DNA of 63,676 bases, the filler included, from Cercozoa sp. M6MM (Eukaryota; Protista; Endomyxa: Ascetosporea), in NCBI GenBank assembly GCA_040357565.1. It is 11 parts of 11 records of this genome, joined end to end, with 100 filler letters (N's around TTAATTAATTAA, not from the genome) between each part and the next. Parts side by side here need not be neighbours in the genome. Positions count along the whole stretch, not along the records: positions 52,409 to 57,747 come from JBDODJ010000924.1; positions 57,848 to 60,013 come from JBDODJ010001827.1; positions 60,114 to 62,388 come from JBDODJ010001804.1; positions 62,489 to 63,676 come from JBDODJ010002127.1; 7 more parts are not named here. One strand, written 5' to 3'. Position numbers and translations under genes: made by a program. Below, in pieces: positions 57,331 to 63,676 of the stretch (positions within the stretch are counted from its first letter, which is position 1; each line of letters opens with the position of its first letter). The notes under the pieces are model-generated. The model had not been told where the DNA came from. It ran no database searches and saw only the letters and a program-made list of their open reading frames with translations.

Positions 57331-57945
57331 AACCACGTGATCACTTGACAGCGCAGCCTTAAGTAACATCGCCGCGCACCCCCTTAAATAATACGATTGT
57401 ACCGTACAGTACCACATCATCATTCGCGGCTATCGGACACCCTGGATAGACCTCTCGCCGTGAGCTTGCTCTAAAACAGTGACCAGCCGGTTTTGAACGC
57501 TGGTACAAGTGTTTTGAGTTTGGGCGAGCCGCGTCAATGGAGACGTCACAGGGCGGGATGCATCACCGGGCGCGCCAACCGCGCATTGAGGTGTCTTATG
57601 TCTCTAAATGGAGGCATTCATGTATTTTACTCAAAATAACACCAAATAATCGTCTTAGATCCGTGAGATGGAGGACACACACGTTGATTTCGTTCTGTCG
57701 GGGTACCTCAGCGATAGCACACAAAACATTCAGGGGGGGGGGGGGGGNNNNNNNNNNNNNNNNNNNNNNNNNNNNNNNNNNNNNNNNNNNNTTAATTAAT
57801 TAANNNNNNNNNNNNNNNNNNNNNNNNNNNNNNNNNNNNNNNNNNNNGGGGTAAAAAGGGAGTGAGAAGAGGGGTAAGAAGAGGGGGTAAGAAGAGGGGG
57901 TAAGAAGGGGGTAAGAGGGGGGTAAGAAGGGGGGCAAGAAACGCA

Positions 57946-59110
57946 CTGCGCATCGTTGAGTCCGCCGCGCACCTGGAAGGAAGCCATCGGCTCGACCTGC
58001 TGGTGCTCCTTCTTGCGCATCTGCGACAGTTCGAACACGTGCGCGTAACCGTCGCCGCCGGCCCTGTTGCCAGTTGGTATTCTCAGTTGGCACGTGTCAC
58101 ACCGTCAGTCACTCACCCAGTCACCCCTCCCCTCCCCTCACACTGCAGAGAAAGCTACGTGAGCAGCAGGTTATCGATACGCGGGTGCCAGTCCAAACCG
58201 TACGAGTCGCAACTACACCAGACACGTTGTGTTTCGTTAAGGGGGACAGAGGACAAGAGGCACGTGTGCGCATTCAGCGTGTGCGTCGGCGCAGGCATGT
58301 CCTCCTTGAGCGGCCGCAGACGCAGCTTGCGCGTGTCGAACACGTGCGCCTTGCCCGTGCTGGACAGCGTGGCCAGCACGTTCATATCGTGCGGACACGC
58401 TCTGACGCGGTGTACGTCGCCTGCAGTGCAGCACACAGGCAGTGCCCAGTTTATATTAACAGTTTATGTCAATACAGTTTATTATGTCGATACAGTTTAA
58501 TGTGAATAGTGTGATATTGTACCTCGATGCAGCACGCGCTGGTACAGCGAAATCTTGCTTTTCGCGTCGCCGTATCCGCCGTACTACAATGCACACAGTG
58601 CTCTCTGACACCTCAACTGACCCACAAGAAACGCACCTCACGCTGACTCTCGTCCTGGAACACGCGGGCGTCCACTGTGCTCTCCAGACCCGGCAGTAGC
58701 ACGTCGTAAATCAGCACGGAATTCTCCGTGTCCTGCCAAGTGTGCACGCATGCGCAACACACGGAACTCTGCCAAAACTGTGTTACTTGGTCTGTTTGTG
58801 TGCCGAGCATGCACCTATGCCGCGTGCAGTCGCTCTAACCCGAAAACACACACACAAAACTCCCCAAACACCCCAAAACACGATCAGTCTGCGAGATTTA
58901 CCTCGCCATGCGGCGCGTGGCCCTTTAAAGGCACCCAATCGACTGACAGTGATGGCCATTCAAGCACATGCGACAGCAGCAGGTCGTACAGCAACGGCGC
59001 GTGCTTTCGAAAGGTCTCAGCCTGCTTCACATCAAAACTTGTCGCCCCCAGACAAATACGAAAATCTCACAGCAGTCACGCACCTCACGCTCTATCTCCT
59101 GTTCACTCAT
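57946..59110 (-). CDS. RBBP4/7 (MSI1/CAF-1 p48)-like WD40 histone chaperone, divergent (3' truncated)
   Basis: FRKHAPLLYDLLLSHVLEWPSLSVDWVP...HRCMLGTQTDQ...GDVHRVRACPHDMNVLAT...SYGLDWHP. Confidence 0.85.
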
Positions 59111-59158
59111 GTTAAAATTACGTGATACACATTGCTACGACAGTTATTTCGCTAAATC

Positions 59159-59178
59159 GGCGGGAATGACTTTGGCGC
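59159..59178. promoter_or_regulatory. Two E2F-like sites in the RBBP4-like/nucleoporin divergent promoter
   Basis: GGCGGGAA at 59159-59166 and TTTGGCGC at 59171-59178; consensus TTTSSCGC. Confidence 0.35.
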
Positions 59179-59325
59179 CGTCCAGTTTGTACAGTCCAGA
59201 CTGACCACAACATTAAAAAAACAAGCAAGCTTCGACAGCTGCAGCGAGTGCTCGCAGTGACAGTGCAGGTGGCAGCTGGCACCCTGGCGAGTTGGAGGCA
59301 CGCTCACAGCTGGAAATATTCCAAA

Positions 59326-59950
59326 ATGGGTTTCACGTTCGGCTCCACAAACAGTGAGTTGGCTTTTGACAATTTGTTGAATTTGCTTGCGTTTCTGGGC
59401 GTTTCTTGGACCGGATTGAGAGTTTTAAATGACACAGCTGGTGGCACGAGTGGTGGCTTCTCGTTTGGTGGCACTAGCGGCAGCACGAGCACAGGCACGA
59501 CGGGTGGCGGCTTCTCGTTCGGATCCACGGGTGCGCTTGGATTTTGTGGCTATTTTAACTGTCCAGACCGCAGCCTTAACTGTGTGAAATAGGCCAGTCA
59601 ACGGGCGGAAGCACTGGCGGTGGTTTCTCGTTCGGCAGCAGTGCGAACACGGGCAAGAGCACCGGCGGCGGCTTTGGCTTTGGCAGCACCAGCACGGGTA
59701 CAGCTTCGTCTTTCTTACCCCCTCCTCCCCCTTAACCCCATGTTGATTTAGGTGCCGCGAAAACAGGTGGTTTCTCGTTCGGCGGTACGAGCACAGGCAC
59801 GGGTGGTATCGCGTTTGTTGCAGTGATTAATCTCTTAAGCCGTCTTACCCCCCCCCCCCCCCCCCGGGGGGGCGTCAGTTTCGGCGGCGGTACGACGGGT
59901 GGTTTCGGTTCTTTTGGCAATCAACAACAGCAGCAGCAGCAGCAGCAGCA
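59326..59950 (+). CDS. FG-repeat nucleoporin N-terminus (Nup62/Nsp1/Nup54/Nup58-like; 3' truncated)
   Basis: MGFTFGSTN/TGGTSGGFSFGGTS...GGGFSFGST/GQSTGGSTGGGFSFGSS.../GFSFGGTS.../GFGSFGNQQQQ. Confidence 0.85.
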
Positions 59951-60283
59951 GTGAGCTTTCGTTTTACCCCCCCCCCCCCCCAACTTAACTCTTTTATACC
60001 CCCGGACAGAGCGNNNNNNNNNNNNNNNNNNNNNNNNNNNNNNNNNNNNNNNNNNNNTTAATTAATTAANNNNNNNNNNNNNNNNNNNNNNNNNNNNNNN
60101 NNNNNNNNNNNNNCCACCGCGCGCAGCGCTGAGTGCGCCGGAGCTGATGAAAGCGGCGTTGGATTTGTCGGTGCCGCCACCGTCGGTTGACGATTTCGAC
60201 GAGTCTGCCGGTACATATGGACCTCTTTGTACTGTACAAATGGTACACGTCGGCAACGCAACGTGAGCGCATGACTCGAAAAC

Positions 60284-60535
60284 GCGAGTAAATTACTCGA
60301 TAGTGTGAGTAATTTTTGAGTAATTACTCAAATTTTACTCGAAATCAACAGTAATTACTCAATTATTACTCAAAAATGACGAGTAATTACTCAAAAATTA
60401 TGAGTAATTACTCAAAACCATCAGTAATTACTCAAATATTACTCAAAAACGATGAGTAATTACTCAAAAATTACTCAAAAATGATGAGTAATTACTCAAT
60501 GATATTGAGTAATTCTTGAGTAATTTTTGAGTAAC
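60284..60535. repeat. AT-rich array of palindromic (T)GAGTAATTACTC(A) units and TTACTCA half-sites
   Basis: Five exact GAGTAATTACTC, two CAGTAATTACTC and many half-sites; ~73-bp higher-order duplication. Confidence 0.92.
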
Positions 60536-60735
60536 TTCCCGGGTATGCGATCTAAGACCGCCGCACTACTTGGCACGTTAGTGGGAGTGCTAACTAACCA
60601 AGCGATCACCCTAAAAGCGAGGAGTAATCTGCGTAAAACCTGTCGCTGAGGGTAATTTACGCAGATTACGTATTCCGCTTTCTCGAGGTGCACGACTTTA
60701 AGTACTCTCCAGGACCAGACCGAAAGAGCGGAGAC

Positions 60736-61976
60736 TTACTGGGTCCTTAATGCCTCTTTGAGGATCTTGACATAGCGTTCGGGATCGGCTGCGCACGCAC
60801 ACAAGCTGATATTCCAACAGTGGACAAGAAGGAAGGAGAAACACCTCGCAGATGCGCACAGTGCGGAGAGTTCTCAAAGTCGTGCAGCTGCACCTGCGGA
60901 CGCTCGTTTCGCTCTCCGACGGCGTCGCAGAAGTCGCTCACGTCGCCGGGCGGAATGAGCCCGTCGTGCAGACCACGCACAATCGTGACGTTCTCGCTCC
61001 TGTTTCGACAATCACTACTACTTCTGGATGTTAGCGCGTGCAACGCACCTCGAAACAGAATCGATCGCATAGTCCCAGGCTCGTTTGTTTCTCTGCCGAG
61101 AGGGAAAGTACCACCAGAGATGATAAGACAGGGAAGCTACCTCGTGGAACTGCTGTGGCATCAGTGTGTGGAACAGGAAATGCAGCGCAGGCGAAAAAAC
61201 CGGGTGCTCCCAGGCCGAATGTTTGCACAAGGCGCCTGCACAACCCAAAAGATCGACAAAAGACAGAACGAAAGCAAGAAGGAAGAAAGAAGCCAATCGA
61301 ACCGGTCAGAAAGCCACAAAAGCCTCGTTCAAAAATGTCCGCATTCAGTCGGGAAGGCGCACTGTCAATTACTACACACTCTGTACTCAATAATCACATA
61401 CATCGATACTTTAAGGGTACATAATCTGGGCGGAGTGTCGTGCTTGAAATGGTGCTCTAGGGCCGCGAAGTTGTACACTCCGTTGTTGCTAGACACAGAG
61501 TGTCAGTACAGTGCAAGTCATGCGACACACAATGCCAGCTCACCTCATGAGAACAAAATCCATGGCTGTCACAGCGTCTGTAATGCCGGCAGCCTCTCGA
61601 TCGCTCCGCACTCGTTGCTCGATCTCGTCTTTTACTGCAAAAAGCAGTGTTTTCCGACTTAAACATGTTTGCACGTGCTGTACGTTCACGCGCCATCTTG
61701 GCTTCCTGACTCGGCACAAGCGCGCGGAAGAAGTTAATTGCAGGTGGTTGCACGACAGTGCATCGACCACGCTCGAAGCTGATCACAGTCAAGCAGACAA
61801 GTTGCACAAAAACAAGACACTGGACTGTAAGGAAGGTACAGCTGCTGATATTTGAGCGTGTTGCGAGGATGCGCTCCCAACCATCCAAAAACGATCACAT
61901 GCCGCCCAGCGGCAGGACGCACAAGCGATCGCGTACCACAAATGGTCACAAAGTTCCTAAGGCACCTATGCAGCAT
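60736..61976 (-). CDS. TMEM53: TMEM53/DUF829 alpha/beta-hydrolase-like protein
   Basis: VIVFGWLGAHPRNTLKYQQL...SNNG...VVIDSAPS...DGLIPPGDVSDF...FENSPHCAHLRADPERY. Confidence 0.85.
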
Positions 61977-62164
61977 TCTCCGTCTCCCGCGATACTGCGC
62001 AATTAAGTGCTGCGGCAAACACCCCTTGATCACTCGTCCAAACAATATTATTTTTGGACGAGCGCCGTGATTGCTGTACAGAAGATTAAGGGAAATAGGC
62101 CGATGACGGAAACCGCGCACACTGCATCGCGTTAGCGTCAACACAGTCAGTCGAAAACACGAAC

Positions 62165-62340
62165 ATGTCTGCCGAGAAGGGTGCGTTCCGCTCTCTAGCT
62201 CTCTTTTGCCTGCGTGTGCTCTCGTGTTTTCCGCAAAGCGCGCCGGGCACAATTGACCGCAGTGAGGATGCACGGCTGTTTGCCGTGGGGCTTGTGCCTG
62301 CATGCTGCGGCTGCAATGTGATCCGTGATTTGCGTGATCG
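62165..62340 (+). CDS. Probable gene start (truncated)
   Basis: ATG in aacATG context, divergent from TMEM53; exon structure unresolved. Confidence 0.3.
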
Positions 62341-62488
62341 GTTTTTTTTTCGTCGGGGGTGTTTTGTTTTTTCTGTTTGCATGTTGTGNNNNNNNNNNNN
62401 NNNNNNNNNNNNNNNNNNNNNNNNNNNNNNNNTTAATTAATTAANNNNNNNNNNNNNNNNNNNNNNNNNNNNNNNNNNNNNNNNNNNN

Positions 62489-62544
<56 letters not shown>

Positions 62545-62836
62545 TGCTGCAACATAGTGCACCGACCACAACGAGTCGGCCTGGGCCACGTTTTCGCCGA
62601 CGAGGACGTGTGCCAGATTTACGTTTTCGGCCAGAGCTAGCTCGTGCTAGTGGCCAATGGCGTGGCCGAAAATAAACGAACACTTTCAATGCTGCCCGCG
62701 CCCGCGTTTATTACTCAATTCCATTGGACGCTTTCATGTTCAGTCGAGTCTCGCGTCGTCGCATCTTGCATTATAAACTCGATCAAATTCGATTCACTCA
62801 GTACGCCAGCCCTTCTGTTGCGTTAGCCCATCTGTT

Positions 62837-63613
62837 TTAGTGGGCACGTCGCGGTTTTCGCAGACGCGTCTTGCCCGCCTTGCCGCGACTTTTTTGCTTT
62901 TTGCGCGCCTGTATCACACTCAATCCTTGTGCCAGGAAAAGAACGAGGTTCAACTGGCCCCGTTGGGTACCTGTTTCTGTTTGCGTGCAGCGAGTGCCGA
63001 GGCAGCCGTACTGAGTGCTTGCTTCTGTTTTTAAAAAACAAAGAAATACATCAGAGCAGTTTTCGGTTTTTGATTATAAGTTTTGGTTTGAAAGCAGCAG
63101 GAAATACGAGCTGCTTTTGTGACTTTTGGGCCAGCTCGTTCTCCTTCTTGAACCACTTGACATCGGCCGAGGTCACGCCAGCGAAGGCACGCTGCTCCTC
63201 GGTCGCTGCAGGCAGCAAGAAAGATGGAGAATAGCCGTCGAGAATCAGCGAGAAGGAATAGGGAAGGTTGCAAAGAAGATGCAAAGAAGATGCAAGGAAG
63301 ATGCAAGACACAAGGGAGGTGAAAGCAAATCACACAGTACGGTCATTGAGCGGGTTTTGCGAGATCGTGACGACGCCTTCTTCACTGCGAAAGACACCGT
63401 CTGTGCTGCCGTCGCTACCGTCGTCGTCGCTGTCGCTGTCGTCGTCGGACTCGGCGCGGAACTGCCGCAGCGACTCCTATATTGTACAAAGCAAACGAAC
63501 TAAACAAAAAACAACTCAAGATGGTGCACAGATCGTAGAAACCTCAAGCGACCTTCGCTTGTGCATGTGCTTGGTATCGCACGCGGCTCCCAACTCCATC
63601 CCGTCAGCATCAC
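62837..63613 (-). CDS. C-terminal exons of an acidic-then-basic, nucleolar-type protein (possibly NOL12/Rrp17-like)
   Basis: ESLRQFRAESDDDSDSDDDGSDG...GVVTISQNPLND...ARKKQKSRGKAGKTRLRKPRRAH*. Confidence 0.45.
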
Positions 63614-63631
63614 TGTGTTCAGTTATTTCAC

Positions 63632-63676
<45 letters not shown>

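Overview
Eukaryotic, intron-dense protist DNA, not prokaryotic. The window is 11 contigs joined by artificial 100-nt spacers (44 N + TTAATTAATTAA + 44 N), mostly broken at (CA)n/(TG)n or G/C-run tracts, so adjacency across spacers is unproven. Most long ORF-track entries are shadows of spliced genes or microsatellites. Manual exon stitching (standard code; every intron I resolved was GT..AG) gave about 30 genes. These include a PH + CPI-motif protein, TMEM222, a ZIP transporter, Snf7/CHMP4, Sec13 with a ~400-aa Pro/Ser/Met/Gln tail, a membrane-anchored SET/LSMT protein, DHX8/Prp22 (46 exons), TTC38, ODAD1/DC2, mS38, NagD, a JmjC protein, a degenerate small GTPase fused to a J-domain, a pseudokinase, a PDI-like KDEL protein, a DUSP, an RBBP4-like protein, an FG nucleoporin and TMEM53. 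Main signals: (1) a splicing regime with about 15 introns per kb of CDS, a GTAC donor consensus instead of GTAAGT, weak +5G, and sense-strand TACC/TTTACCCC intron filler, next to a Prp22 that lacks its S1 domain; (2) many genes in head-to-head pairs about 190-280 bp apart; (3) several unusual domain fusions or pseudoenzymes; (4) a palindromic TGAGTAATTACTCA array and a TA-flanked TIR pair. All family calls come from motif recognition by eye. No database search was run and the lineage cannot be fixed from this window.
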